Shown in pieces: positions 12,836 to 25,010 of a stretch of DNA of 64,000 nt. The stretch is taken from positions 490,456,948 to 490,520,947 of the forward strand of contig NC_057863.1 of the NCBI RefSeq assembly GCF_019393635.1, in the 5' to 3' direction. The notes under the pieces are model-generated. The model did not search any database, was not told the DNA's origin, and saw only the letters and a program-made list of their open reading frames with translations. Source of the DNA: Dromiciops gliroides. Lineage: Eukaryota. Positions within the stretch are counted from its first letter, which is position 1. Each line of letters begins with the position of its first letter. Position numbers and translations under genes: made by a program.

Positions 12836-13046
12836 CAGGGTTTTGTTTTGTTTTTTTTTGGTGGTGGTGGTGGTTGTTTTTGTTTGTTTGTTTTGGTGTG
12901 GGTTGGGGGGGGGGGGCGCAATGAGGATTAAGTGATTTGCCCAGGGTCACACAGCTAGTAAGTGTCAAATGTCTATGGTTGGATTTGAACTTGGGTCCTC
13001 CTGGATCCAGGCCAATGTTCTATCCACTGTGCCACCTAGCTGCCCC
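12836..13046 (-). mobile_element. SINE copy preceded by a long T/G-rich simple repeat and a G12 run
   Basis: Reverse-orientation match: GATTAAGTGATTTGCCCAGGGTCACACAGCTAGTAAGTG. Confidence 0.8.
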
Positions 13047-13049
13047 GTT

Positions 13050-13330
13050 TTTTGTTTTTTCCATTTACATTAGTCATCATATACAGAGGGTTTCAAAAAT
13101 CTCAGTGTACTATTCTGATTCTGCTTAACTCTGCATCAGTTCATCTACATTTTCCCATGTTTTTCTGAATTCTTCATATCCATCATCTCTTAGTTTAGTA
13201 ATACTCCATTATATTCACATGCCACAATTTGTTTAGCCATTCTTAATTGACAGTAATCTACTTTATTTCCAGTCCTTCTTAACAAGAAAAAAAAGCTGCT
13301 GTGAATATTCTGTTGTATATGTGACCTTCC
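13050..13330 (+). mobile_element. L1-derived fragment (marsupial L1 non-coding region)
   Basis: Homologous to 18560-18960 and 31620-31880. The shared motif is cttcactttgcatcagttcat...tattccat...catatgccacaatttgtttagccattc. Confidence 0.6.
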
Positions 13331-13796
13331 TTTGTCTTTGGTGTCCCCAAGGACACTCAGTGGGATCACTGAGACAAAGTCTTTTGACCTTGGGTTCTTA
13401 AAAAACTATGCCAAGAGAGCATAGCCACTGACAAGTTCTACAAAATTGGAATTGGAGACCATAGGCTATGAGTTATTCCTTGGTCTCCCTATATAACCAG
13501 CCATCTTGCTTTCTGTTATACATTTCTCTGCTAATACCTTTTACAAGCTTTAGCTGTATAAAATCTCATTTGAAACAGACTGTGGCCTACTCACATCTAC
13601 CATGTCCCTGCTCTACTGTCTTTTGGTTAATTCTTAGTTTCAATTCTTTAAAGACCCCAGTATATATGAGTTATATAACATCTTCAGAAAAATAAAAGTA
13701 TTAAAAATATAGGCCTTCATTTCAAGGAGAACCTTGGGGTTGTTAAAGGGACTGTGTCCTTTTCCAGTCAGCTATGTGATCTGGGTAAAAGACTAG

Positions 13797-13936
13797 GTCA
13801 GCTAGGTGGTGCAGTAAAGCACCCACCTTGGATTCAGGAGGACCTGAGTTCAAATCAGACCTGATACTTGACACTTACTAGCGTGTGACCCTGGGCAAAT
13901 CACTTAACCCTTATTGCACCCCCCCTCCAAATAAAG
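13797..13936 (+). mobile_element. SINE copy with deletions
   Basis: Forward match. Confidence 0.75.
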
Positions 13937-14127
13937 GCTATGTCTATTGCTTAAAGCCTGCAAGTTATTAGGTAGAGAGAAGCTTATTGCCATAAAGCTG
14001 GCTACCAGGAAACAAAAATTTTGGGGGTGGGGGGATGGGGAGAGCTCAAGATTACTCATAAAACAATTTTTTTTAATTGTGATAATAGACTTTATTTAGA
14101 AAATCTTTAAATACTGTCAATGCATTC

Positions 14128-14284
14128 TTTTTTTTTTTTTTTTTTGCGGGGCAATGAGGGTTAAGTGACTTGCCCAGGATTACACAGCTAGTAAGTGTCA
14201 AGTGTCTGAGTCTAGATTTGAACTCAGGTCCTTCTGACTCCAGGGCTGGTGCTTTAACCACTGCGACATCTAACTGCCCCCCCC
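14128..14284 (-). mobile_element. SINE copy with TSD (A/T)ATGCATTCTTTT
   Basis: Reverse-orientation match. The flanking repeats are at 14119-14132 and 14286-14298. Confidence 0.8.
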
Positions 14285-14397
14285 ATTGCATTCTTTTTAA
14301 TCCTAGAGTAAAGTGGGGAAAAACAAATATGCCCTCATTTCAATTACTGTTTACATGATTTAAGGGAATGTTTATTCAACAAGTAGTTAATATACAA

Positions 14398-14512
14398 GGA
14401 CAGCTAGGTGGTACAATAGATAGAGAGCATAGGTTCTGGAGTCAGAAGACCTGAGTTTAAATCTAGCTTCAGAGAATACCTGTGTGATCCTAGACAAGTC
14501 ACTTGATCCTGT
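14398..14512 (+). mobile_element. Older, diverged SINE copy of the same superfamily
   Basis: Contains GGACAGCTAGGTGGTACAATAGATAGAG...GACCTGAGTTTAAATCTAGC. Confidence 0.6.
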
Positions 14513-14958
14513 TTGATTAAGTCATAAAACAATTATTATAGGAAGGCTGGTGCTATCATGAAAGGAAGGTCAATTATTCAATTGTTTTTCCCTATCCAAT
14601 TTATTTTTCTAGTTAATAATATAGCCTTCAATCAAAGGGCAGTAAGTTTTCAAGAAAATTCATCACCAGACCTCTTTTATTGTCATTTATCACTAATTTT
14701 CATTTTGTATTCTTCTTTTAACATGTACTGGACACCAACAGGATGGTGGACATCGTTTTCATCATTCCTCCTTCAATGCAAGAGACATCTCACATATCCA
14801 CAAAGTCAAATAAATAAACAAATGGAAAGAAAAACTAACAATAATTAAATGTTTAACCAAATACTATGATTACTCAAATCCTCCATGTTTTTACTCCTCT
14901 GAGCTATGCAAGGAAAAAAATTAATCATTTCAATATCTGATGAGAAAAAAACACTTAG

Positions 14959-15110
14959 GGGGGAGCTAGGTGGCACCGGCCTTGGATTCAGGAGGACCTG
15001 AGTTCAAATCCGGCCCCACACACTAAACACTTACTAGCTGTGTGACCCTGGGCAAGTCACTTAACCCCAACTGACTCACCACCACCCCCCAAAAAAAGAA
15101 AGAAAGAAAA
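14959..15110 (+). mobile_element. SINE copy with TSD AAAAAACACTTAG
   Basis: Forward match with an internal deletion. The flanking repeats are at 14946-14958 and 15113-15125. Confidence 0.8.
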
Positions 15111-15261
15111 AGAAAAAACACTTAGAATTTATATGCTAAAATTTGCAAAGAACTTTATAAATATTTTATCACTTAACCTTAACAGCAACCCTAGAAGGTA
15201 GGTGTTATTTTTATCACCCCCTTTTTATAGATGAGGTAAACTAAAGCAGAAAAAAAGTTAA

Positions 15262-15366
15262 GTAATTTTCCCAGGGTCGCATAGCTAGTATGTGTCTCAG
15301 GCTGTATTTTAACTCAGGTATTCCTGACTCCAGATCCTGTACTCTATACACTGTATTACCTAGCTT
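15262..15366 (-). mobile_element. Old, diverged SINE fragment
   Basis: Contains TTCCCAGGGTCGCATAGCTAGTATGTGTCTCAGGCTGTATTTTAACTCAGG. Confidence 0.55.
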
Positions 15367-15407
15367 CAATTATATATTAAACTTGGTCTTAAAAGACATA
15401 TAGGAGA

Positions 15408-15537
15408 GGCAGCTAGGTGCCATAGTGGATAGAGCACCAGCCCTGAAGTCAGGAGGACCTGAGTTCAAATCTGGCCTCAGACACTTGACACTTAGTAAGT
15501 CATTTAACCCCAACTGCTTCACAAAAAAAACCAAAAA
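15408..15537 (+). mobile_element. SINE copy with a 15-bp TSD AAGACATA(T/C)AGGAGA
   Basis: Forward match. The flanking repeats are at 15393-15407 and 15538-15552. Confidence 0.85.
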
Positions 15538-15879
15538 CAAGACATACAGGAGAAATTCTCCAATTAAGCTGTGTTATTATCACTGTAGGTACTGCTTTCA
15601 ATGAAATAAATCTCAACTCATCCATGCTTGACCATACTATACAATTCTTATCTCTGCCTTCCAATAAATCTGCTGGTCTGTTCAACCAGTGTGCTAGGGG
15701 CCTTCCTCACATTCACTGGACTGCATTGAAACCAAAAGCACACACTGAGCCAAAGCCAACAATTATCTCTCACTCTTACTGGCCATACATTTTTCTGATG
15801 ACATTTTTTACAAAATTTCTACCACATAATTCCTCATTCACTATAGCATCCTCAATCGCCACTGTAAAGAATTAATTGT

Positions 15880-16330
15880 TATTTGAGGACACCTACATGG
15901 GCCTGGCAAAATTATAATGATTGGAAGCCTAGTGAGGGCAGTCATGTGACTGTCAGAGCGGCCATCCCATTGGCTGGACTGTGTGGGGTGTTTCTAGGTT
16001 TGGGGGAGGAGAATTGGGCATTCTAGGTGGAAACTGGAAAGCGACAGGTGTTCTGCTGCGTATTTTCAGCTGATTCCTGGGCGGTGGTATTTTTTCAGGT
16101 ATTATAATTTCCCTTTCCCCATTTTATTTCCTTTCCCTTGATCCTACTGATCCTGTTTGTGTTTTGTTCTTTTTTTTTTTTCAGTTCATTGTTGTTAAAA
16201 TAAATCTTGTTCTGTTTTGAGGGAGGCTGCCAGTCTCCTTCCTTGCCCCAATATTACGGCGAGCCGCTTAGCTAGCACTCCCCAATTAAAAATTGGTCCC
16301 CACACCATGTACTGTACTGTCTGCCCTTTG
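15880..16330 (+). mobile_element. LTR/promoter-like element (candidate solo LTR), plus strand
   Basis: It contains CCAAT (ccattggctgg), an E-box-like catgtgac, a GC box (tgggcggtgg), a TATA-like tattataat, and AATAAA at about 16200 followed by a GT-rich stretch. Confidence 0.35.
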
Positions 16331-17387
16331 CAGATCCTCAACTTCAATTCCTCAGAAACAACAGTGTTCCATGACTCATAGATATACAACACTACCAGAA
16401 GATTAACTATATATAAAAAAGAGGGCCCTTTATTTCTATCACCAGACAAAGAAATAAGCAATGTTCCAAAGGCAATCCAATTTGCTTTCCTCTTGTTTAA
16501 TTCCTTACCCAGTCAACCGTGTATAATGTCTGCCCAAAACACATGTACCAATAGACAAGCTGCATGAATTACCCATCAAATTGCAAATAATAATCTGATA
16601 AAGCATTCTTTAACTACTTGGTTATTCCTAAATGGGAAAACTCTTTAAAAGTGATTATGGCTCTCATTTAGGAGGCTTTGAAATACTCTGGGGATTGAAG
16701 ATACTAAAATAATAGCATCTACAAAAAGAAATATCTGGAAGACCACATCACCTCTGTGGAACAGCTCTTTAATTTGGACTCTATGATGGACATTCTCCAT
16801 AATGCTGGTAAACATCTATGGCAAGTATACATCTCTTCATTTGTGCCTTAATAACCAGAGGACTATGAAAGAGTCACTTCTGTTCTTATATCTTTCAAGG
16901 AATTTGGCATGATTATGACATATTATGGAAGGCAACTGTTGGAGCAGAGTGGTATTTTGCCATGCAAGATCAAATATTTCTATAGCCAAAAATCAAATTC
17001 AATGGAATGTTGGACTCTTTTAGACCTTTCAGTCAATTGTACAATTGTAAAAACATGTTCACTATATCCTTTACAGAAGAAGTTTGCCTATTCCCACATT
17101 TTATATTTTTCAACCATGTCCTCAATGAATGTAACATTTACTGTCATAACAATTTTGTAGGGAATGTAGCAAATGAGTTAATAAATTATCAATGTCATCA
17201 GTTGCCTTTTTCTTGGTAATCAGGTTTCAGATTTTTTCCCAAGCCTTTATCATTTTCCCCTTTTAGATAACTTCAGAATCAAACTCTCAAAGTCTTCAAA
17301 ATTATTCCATCTTCAGCATGCTCCTCTTTTGGTTATACTTGGTCTAGTCAATTGCATTACAAATCTGTTTTCTTTCATTTCTCATGG

Positions 17388-17560
17388 GCAGCTAGGTGGC
17401 ACAGTGGATAAAGCACCAAGCCTGGATTCAGAAGGACTTGAGTTCAAATCCGGCCTCAAACACTTGACACTTACTAGCTATGTGACCCTGGGCAAGTCAC
17501 TTAACCCCAATTGCTCCGCAAAAAAGAAAAAAAAGAAAAGGAAAAAACAAAACAAAACAG
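17388..17560 (+). mobile_element. SINE copy with TSD TTCxTTCATTTCxCAT
   Basis: Forward match with an A/G-rich tail. Confidence 0.8.
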
Positions 17561-17713
17561 GGATTCCTTCATTTCCCATAAAGTATATATCCCTAGAAAT
17601 ACCTTTGGAATTGAACCCTAATATAAAAGACAAAGTCGTTTAGAAAGATTCCAATCAGATAATATTTTTACCACAATCTACAAATCATACAAAAGAAAAC
17701 CAAAAAGGGGCAC

Positions 17714-17868
17714 CTTCTGGTATGTTCTGTGGTGGTTTGTAATTGAAATCTGTTGAAAAGTCTGGACCCTCACAAAGGCGGTGACACGCTATTGGAAACA
17801 CAGGCTCTAGGAGGGCGAGCCGGGCTTCAAAGTAGTCCCTTATGGTTTCCTCTGCTACTCTTGAGAGC
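17714..17868 (-). CDS. MPHOSPH8: MPHOSPH8 exon 11, 155 nt. Peptide LSRVAEETIRDYFEARLALLEPVFPIACHRLCEGPDFSTDFNYKPPQNIPE(G)
   Basis: The acceptor is ttttctcctttcag|G and the donor is CCAGAAG|GTGCCC. The peptide matches the human MPP8 C-terminal region and overlaps track ORF 17685..17909. Confidence 0.85.
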
Positions 17869-18439
17869 CTGAAAGGAGAAAATGAGGAAGAGACACAGTC
17901 ACTAGGCAAGTTTTTCTACATTAGAATCCATTAAAAGTTTACATATTTGAAAAGTGATTGATGATTAAAAGCAATTTTTCATATCTCATATAGAATAGTC
18001 AAATATTATTTGTGAAACAAACTTTTAATGGTAAGAGCTTCAAATTTCTATTGTATTACCTCCTTAGTAGGATTAGTAGTAATTATTATTAACTAAAATA
18101 ATTCAGATTTTGAAGGAGTGACCCAGAGGTTCTAAACGCCTAAGTATAAACACAAAAATCAATCCAAATTTGAACAAAGCTATTCAGAAGTTTAATTTAT
18201 GTACTTTTATAAAAAAGTTTGCCAATAAATAGCCTCAACAAAACTACCAAGGACTATTTAAAATTTAGAGGAAACTTTTTAGGGCCTTTTAACATTTTTA
18301 AGGACTTCAGCAAACACCAAGTATTTAAGCATATACAAATGTTAATTTCTGCTCTCTTTAAAAATGAGTCTTAGAATCTAACCACTATAGAAGACTTTTA
18401 AAAATTCTTTTCTAAGAAATGATTATATGTACTTGAAAG

Positions 18440-19050
18440 TAATGATATCTTATTTCTTTTAACTTAATTTTTATTTTTTCTCAATTACATGTAAGTAAAA
18501 ATTGTTAACATTAAAAAAAAATCTTGAGTTCACATCGTTTCCCTTCCTTCCCACCCACCCATCCTTGAAAAGGCAATTTGACATAGATTTTACATGTGTA
18601 GTCATGCTTTAATCTATACTCAGATTATATCAGTTTTTTCTCTGGAAGCAGACAGAATTTTTCATCATATGTCCTTTGGAATTGTATTGGATCCTTGTAT
18701 TGCTGAAAATAGCCAAGTCATTCACAGTTGATCATGGTAAAATGTTGTTGTTAGTATGTTCAATGGTATCCTGGTTCTGGTCACTTCACTTTGCATCAGT
18801 TCATGTAAGTCTTCTCAAGCTTTTGTAAAAGCATCCTGATTATCATTTTTTACAGAACAACAGTATTCCATCACAATCACATACCTCAACCTGTTCAGCC
18901 ATTACCCAATTAATGGTTGTCCCTTCAATTTCCAATTCTTTGTTACCTCAAAAAAAGCTGCCATGTTTTGCATATATGCAATAAATGTATTAGGTGTATG
19001 TGTATGTACGTATGTATGTATACACACATACATCCTTGATTTACCCCTGA
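18440..19050 (+). mobile_element. L1-derived fragment
   Basis: Same family as 13050-13330 and 48960-49230. Confidence 0.6.
18975..19035. repeat. (TGTA/TG)n microsatellite
   Basis: Visible by direct reading. Confidence 0.9.
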
Positions 19051-19055
19051 ACTTT

Positions 19056-19201
19056 TGTTTTGTTTTTTTTTTTACAGGGCAATGATGGTTAAGTGACTTG
19101 CCCAGGGTCACACAGCTAGTAAGTGTCTGAGGCCAAATTTGAACTCAGGTCCTCCTGAGTCCAGGGCTGGTGCTTTATCCACTGTGCCACCTAGCTGCCC
19201 C
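19056..19201 (-). mobile_element. SINE copy
   Basis: Reverse-orientation match with a T-rich tail at 19055-19073. Confidence 0.8.
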
Positions 19202-19539
19202 TTATTCACTCCTGATCTTAACAGAAATGTTTCTAGTTCATCTTTGTTACAGATAATGCTTGCTGATGGTTTTAGATAGGTATTACTTACCTTTTTTAAG
19301 GAAAGGTCCATTTTTATGCTTTTCAAGATTTTTAATAGGAATAAGTGTTGCATTTTGTCAAAAGGTTTTTCTGCATCTCTTAAAACAACCATAATTTTTG
19401 TTTTTGTTATTGATATTGATATGGGTAATTATGCTGATAGTTTTCCTAATATTCAACCATATCTGCATTCTTGGTGGTATAAATCTCACCCTGTCATAAT
19501 GTACAATCTTTATAATATATTGTTGTAAGCTCCATGTTA

Positions 19540-20800
19540 GTTTTTATTTAAGTTTTGCATCAGTATTCCTTATGGAAATTGGTCCATAGTATTTTTTCTG
19601 TTTTTCTTCTTTCTAGTTAGGGATCATCACAATATTTGTGTCATAAAAGAAATGTGGTAGGACTCATATAACAATGGAATCACTATACTAATAGGTGTTG
19701 TTTTCTTCAGTAACTTTTGTGCCTCCTTTACCAAGCTATTGATTCTTTCATGATTTTCTTGCATCTCTCCTCCCAATTTTTCCTCTAAATTTCTAATTTG
19801 ATTTAAAACATTTTTTTTCTCACTCTTTCAAGAATTTTTTTTTAAACCTCTGACCAATTCACATTTTTCTTTGATGCTTTGCATATAGCTGTTTTGAATT
19901 AATTTTCCCTTCTGAATTTGCATTTTTATCTTTCCTGTCAGCATAATAAATTTTGATGGTCAGGCTCTTTTTTTTTCCTCCCCCAGTCCATTTTTTGACT
20001 TTTAATTTAATGTTAAAGTTGGGCTCTGCTCCAAGGTTGGAGGGGGCACTGTTTCAAGCTTCAGGTCTTTCTTGCTGCTATTTTCAGAGCTAGCTCTGGG
20101 TACATGAAGGTCTGTGCTTCCAAACTTGTATGATCTAAGGTGTGGTCATTGCTCTCCTGGCCTGTGCTCTGCCTCTTTATGCAGGAAGGGACCTCGTTCT
20201 CCTGTATTTACCAATCTAACACTTCTCCTGTCCCTCGACTATGCCTGGTGCCCTGTTCTGCAGCCATAATTGTTATCGTTCCACTCTGTCTTGGATTGAG
20301 ACCTGGGTCCCTACTCCTCAAGGAGCACTTCTCTCCACCCTGAGACCACAACCTAAAATCCCCGTGGCCACAAGTATCATAACTCTTTTTGGCCCTGGGA
20401 CTGTGACCCAGAACTATGTATGGGCAATACAACCGGGCCTTGAACCCAGTGCCAGCAAAAGGTTCTATGCAATCTCCTTCTGACCAATTATCTGATCCCC
20501 TCCCTCCATTCCCATCTGTGGGCTGAGAACTCCTGAAGCTGCTACTACTGCCAATGAAGCCATCTCCAAGGCCCACTACTGGGCCTGTGGCATAGCCTGC
20601 TCTGCAGAGTATTCACTGTGTTCCTGACCCTACCACCACCACCCCAGTGAGACAGAACTTTCCTGTCAACCTTTTAAGTTGTCTTGGACTAGAAAATTGT
20701 TTTAGTCAACCTTTTTTTGGTTCTACTACTCCAAAATTAAATTTCAGCTGTTATTTTACAGCTATTTGGAGGATAATGTGAAAGGCCTTGGCTGAGTGCT
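19540..20800 (+). mobile_element. LINE-derived repeat, homologous to 32270-34130 and 41480-42660
   Basis: Shared blocks include ttcttgcatctctcctcccaatttttcctctaaatttctaatttgatttaaaacattttt, and they are collinear with the other two copies. Confidence 0.55.
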
Positions 20801-20912
20801 TCTCTACTCTGCCATCTTGGCTCTACCTCTAAAATATTTCTCAAAAGTATTTTGCAACTAAAATAACTACCCTAAAGTCCCTAAGTAAGCATAGCTTTAG
20901 ACATGTTAATTT

Positions 20913-21062
20913 TTTTTGGGGGGGGGGGTGAGGCAATTGGGGTTAAATGACTTGCCCAGGGTCACACAGCTAGTAAGTGTTAAGTGTCTGAGGCCAGATT
21001 TGAACTCAGGTCCTCCTGACTCCAGGGCTGGTGCTCTATCCACTGCGCCACCTAGGTGCCCC
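20913..21062 (-). mobile_element. SINE copy with TSD GACATGTTAATTT. It was inserted 9-22 nt inside the intron from the exon 10 splice donor
   Basis: Reverse-orientation match with T then G11 at the tail junction. The flanking repeats are at 20900-20912 and 21063-21075. The exon 10 donor GT is at 21083-21084. Confidence 0.85.
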
Positions 21063-21084
21063 GACATGTTAATTTAATACTTAC

Positions 21085-21239
21085 GTTTCTAAGTGACTCT
21101 TCAGCAGGTCATATACCAATACATTATTACACTGCTTAGCAAAATGCAAAGCACTATTCTGATGTTTTGACAAAATATTACAATCTGCTCCACATTCAAT
21201 CACAAGCCTTACAATATCCGAGTTTCCTCTTTTACAAGC
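21085..21239 (-). CDS. MPHOSPH8: MPHOSPH8 exon 10 (ankyrin), 155 nt. Peptide ACKRGNSDIVRLVIECGADCNILSKHQNSALHFAKQCNNVLVYDLLKSHLE(T)
   Basis: The acceptor is ctcttacag|GCT and the donor is GAAAC|GTAAGT. The split codon AC+G gives T when joined to exon 11. Confidence 0.88.
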
Positions 21240-21599
21240 CTGTAAGAGCAAAACATTAAGACAAGTAATTATATAAAAGTAAAGTCTAAGGAGTGTGTAT
21301 ATGTATAAACTATAATTTTTTTCCTTGAGAGAGTCTTTCTAAAGACTAAACATAAAAGAAATTTCTTCAGGGCAAGGACAGAGTATTCTGGATTAGGATA
21401 CAAGTCAAATATAAGGCTGTTTGCATTACTCAGTTTTGATACCTGACTCTTCAAAACATGAGGACTTCAAAAGCTATTTTTGCCAATGATAACAGCTAGC
21501 ATATAAAGCTATATAAAACCACTTTAAGGTTTGTAATGCTTTACAAATATTATCTCATTTTGTTGTTGCTTAACAGCATTTGAAGTAGGTGCTATTATT

Positions 21600-21740
21600 A
21601 TCTCCATTTTACAGATAAGGAAACTAAGGCAGACAGAGGTTAAGTTGATCTGGCCAGCATCACAAAGCCACTAAACATCCAAGGCTGAATTTGAAGTTTT
21701 TCTGACTCAAGGTCCAGCCTTCTAGCACTCCACTGTGCTA
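21600..21740 (-). mobile_element. MIR fragment. Further MIR-like fragments are near 22088-22200, 23150-23280, 26868-26960, 35450-35580, 44160-44290, 62020-62100 and 63640-63740
   Basis: Contains TTTTACAGATAAGGAAACTAAGGCAGACAGAGGTTAAGTGA and the tail motif CTCATTTGTAAAAT. Confidence 0.6.
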
Positions 21741-22229
21741 CAAAGCTACAAAATTCTAGGTCTTCTTGGAAAGTACTCAAAGGACTTTCATTCTACTACA
21801 TTCCACTGATTTTGATACCACCCTCATTGCTGCAAAAAGAGCCAATTTTTGACAAAAGCATTCTTGCTAGACCAGTTTTCACTTGATTCTTTGTGGGATC
21901 AGGAAATAATTTCATATTCATCCCCCAGCAGTGGTTTCAAAGGAAACTCTGCCATGTATTCATTAGGGAAATTGGTCTATAATTTTCTTTCTGGTATCAA
22001 CACCATATATGTCTCATAAAAGGAATTTGGTTCCAGTTTACTTTTTTGAGGAAAAGTTTTTTCCTATCAGAATATCTGCACGACTGAATAAAATATTAGA
22101 GAAGACCTGGGTTCTAATCCTGACTTTGCACCTAAGAAGCTGTATGTAAATCAAAAACTTCTCCAGTCCTTGGCTTCCTCATTTGGAAAATAAGACAGTG
22201 GACTTCACATCATCTACTTTCTAGTATAT

Positions 22230-22480
22230 TTCTAGTTCAAAAATCATATGAATACGACTAATGCAGAAATAGGATTAATGTTATTATGTATGTGTGTGTG
22301 TGTATATATATATATAAAACCTATATCAGATTACCTGCTATCTAGGGGAGGGGGGAGGGAGAAAAATCTGAAATTGGAAAGTTTGTATAAACAAAAGTTG
22401 AGAACTATCTTTACATGTAACAGGAAAAAAATAAAATACTTTATTAATTTTTTAAAAAATCATATGAATAGCCTAATCAA
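22230..22480 (+). mobile_element. L1 3' terminus
   Basis: Contains the terminal motif ggggaggggggagggagaaaaatctgaaattggaaag, also seen at 27760-27830, 50460-50510 and 57385-57440. Confidence 0.6.
22283..22320. repeat. (TG)n(TA)n
   Basis: Visible by direct reading. Confidence 0.9.
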
Positions 22481-24179
22481 ACACTGGAAGTAAATTAAAT
22501 ATCAATCTTCACTGAATTAAACACCTAATCGAGAAAAACCAATTTGTTTAAGATGAAAATAAAAGTTTTTCTAATTTTATTAAAACCCTTTCTGTACTAA
22601 AGTAAAGTTAACCTATATTTACCCACCATATGGACCTCCTATTTATAAAGCATAAAAAAGCAATTGGGGGGAAAAATACAACAAGAGGTGAAAGAATTGT
22701 GTGAAATTAAAAGTTGATAATAAAGCACCCTTGAAGATGACAAAATACAAAAAAGTCTACCTGCTTACTAAAAACACTATTTCTAGGTTATCCTTTCCCT
22801 AAGTAGGCACATGGTCATGACTTTTATGATGTTCAGACCTACAGCTAGTATGTTGCTTTTTTACTATCTAGAAACAAATTATAGTATTTTTGTAGTACCA
22901 CACAATGAACAGTATACAAAGCAATTTTCAAAAGAAAATCTATTTGGATAAAATATCTTGTAATGTACGTATATTAGATACAGTTTGTATTTTGATGACC
23001 TTGTATACACTTGCCCACAGTGATATACGTATATCTACCTATATCTATATCTACACACACACACACATTTTACTTAACTTATAATGGTTACTTAATAACA
23101 TTTGAAACATAGTATAGTATAATCAAAAGAACCTTGGATTCGAGGTCAAAAGACAATTGTTTGAATTTCAGCTCTACTACATATTCTTTCAGTGATTTGG
23201 GGCAAATCATTAATAAATCACACAAGTCTCAGTTTATTCAACTATAAACTGAAGGGACTGGACCAGAGGACTTTTGCAGGTCTGTTACATGGGCTCTAAA
23301 ACCTATGATCTTATAATGAAATAAATTAGGAAGAGATGCATCGTAAGTGTCAAGACTGACATGGAATTGTTTTTAAGAAGTATTTAGAGACTTAATGCAG
23401 GTATTTTTCATTCACAGTTTTTGCTCTTGCTAAGTTTGTTATAATCTTCAGGTTTATAGATCCTGAATATTTTTGAATGTCATCTACTTTAGAAGTATAA
23501 TAATCATTTGAAAAATATAAAACTCAACACTGATTCACAGAATCTCAGTTTGAAGAAACCCCAAAGTCTGAGTCTAACCAGTACTTGAACAAGACAACAT
23601 ACCTGACTGATGGTTCTATACATCTGTTAGCTTGAAGCTAACTCTTCAGTAAAAGGGAGTCCACTGCTACAACAGGCAACACATCCCACCTTTGAATGAT
23701 TCTAATTGTTGGTAATCCTGTAATCCTAAATTTGCCTCTTTGAAACTTCCATCCACCTGTTCTCATCAAACAGAAAAAACCTAATCCTTCTATTACAAAG
23801 AGCCCTTCATATATTTCAAGAGTACTATGTCTCCTCTTTTTCTAGTCCTTCACAACGATCCCACAATTTAACAATTTACATTTGTTGAACAAATATAAAT
23901 GTGACATGCTTTCCCAGCTGTCATTTCATTTGATCTTCACAATGACCTTGTGAGATACACAGGATGGGTATCTTTATCTCCACTTAACTGCTAGAGACGT
24001 TTTCTCATTTGTAAAAATATTTTATTAACTTGCTGGCCTAATTTGGGGGGCCTAATATGGCTGGGGTACTTAATCTGGGACTGTTGACTGGTTATCTGAC
24101 TGCTATTACTTTACTATGGGCCATTTATAAAGTTCCACTACACTGCTCCACTCCCAAAATTGATAAGCAAAAGATTAAG

Positions 24180-25010
24180 AAGACTCTTAATTAAATAATC
24201 AAAGCAGAGTTTATTTATGATACAATTTAAAACTAAAAACACAGGGAAATAACATGTACAACCTGACTGTGTTCCAGAATGTCTCTTTCCACCTGCTGCG
24301 CCTGGAACTTTCTTAGCCTCCTCCTGCGTACCAATGGACCTTCTTCTAGCGTTCTCCTAGTGCCCTAGCGTCCCCCCGGCCTCCCCGCTTTCTCCAACCT
24401 GTACCCTGTGCTGACCACTTCTGGGCTCTCTGCTACCTGCCTAGCTTTCTCCAACCTCCTGTACCGTCTCCTGTTCTGTCTGTGCCGTCAGTCCGCCCCT
24501 CACTGAATAGCCCCTTAGTGTCCTCACCTCTGTTGCCAACCCCCTGGCGTCTCTAGCGTCCCTGTCTCCTAGGCCTTTCTGTCCATTCCTCCTTTTATAT
24601 CTTCCTTCTAACCCTTCAAATCTTGGGTTCCCTGTGCCCCCACACACACCAAGTTAATCTGCCAGCCACACTAGGGCTGTAGCTGGGGGGGATGCTCAAG
24701 CATCCCCTGCATACCACACTCAGGGCTCCAGGGGCCCATGCCCCCTGCTGTGCACCCAGGGACCTCTGCACGGGCTATGCCAGAGGCCCACCTGGATGAG
24801 CCCGGGATCTCTAGGATAGATCCTCTCAGGGTAGAGGGAGCTGGGGCTTTTTCTCCCCGCTGTCTGACCTGGCCTCTCATATAGCCCATGGGGCTTTTTG
24901 GCTCAGCTGAAGAAAGGGGGATGGGCACCAGCCCCTCCCACACAGAGAAGAAAAACCTGAGGGCCCAGCCCAAAGGTAGGGCCCCCAAATCAAAATAAAT
25001 TTCCACACAT
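24180..25010 (-). mobile_element. GC/CpG-enriched LTR-like element in MPHOSPH8 intron 9, sense to the gene
   Basis: The minus strand has TATAAAAGG at 24591-24599 and, about 380 nt downstream, AATAAA at 24211-24216 followed by a GT-rich stretch. There are internal roughly 75-bp imperfect direct repeats (ctttctccaacct..gtacc). There are about 14 CpGs against a CpG-poor background. Confidence 0.4.

Noticed and set aside
24441-25006. Two minus-strand ORFs (68 and 111 aa) in the GC-rich island
   Set aside because: They are Pro/Gly/Arg-rich, as expected by chance in GC-rich DNA, and have no conservation signal. The segment is better explained as an LTR or regulatory element.
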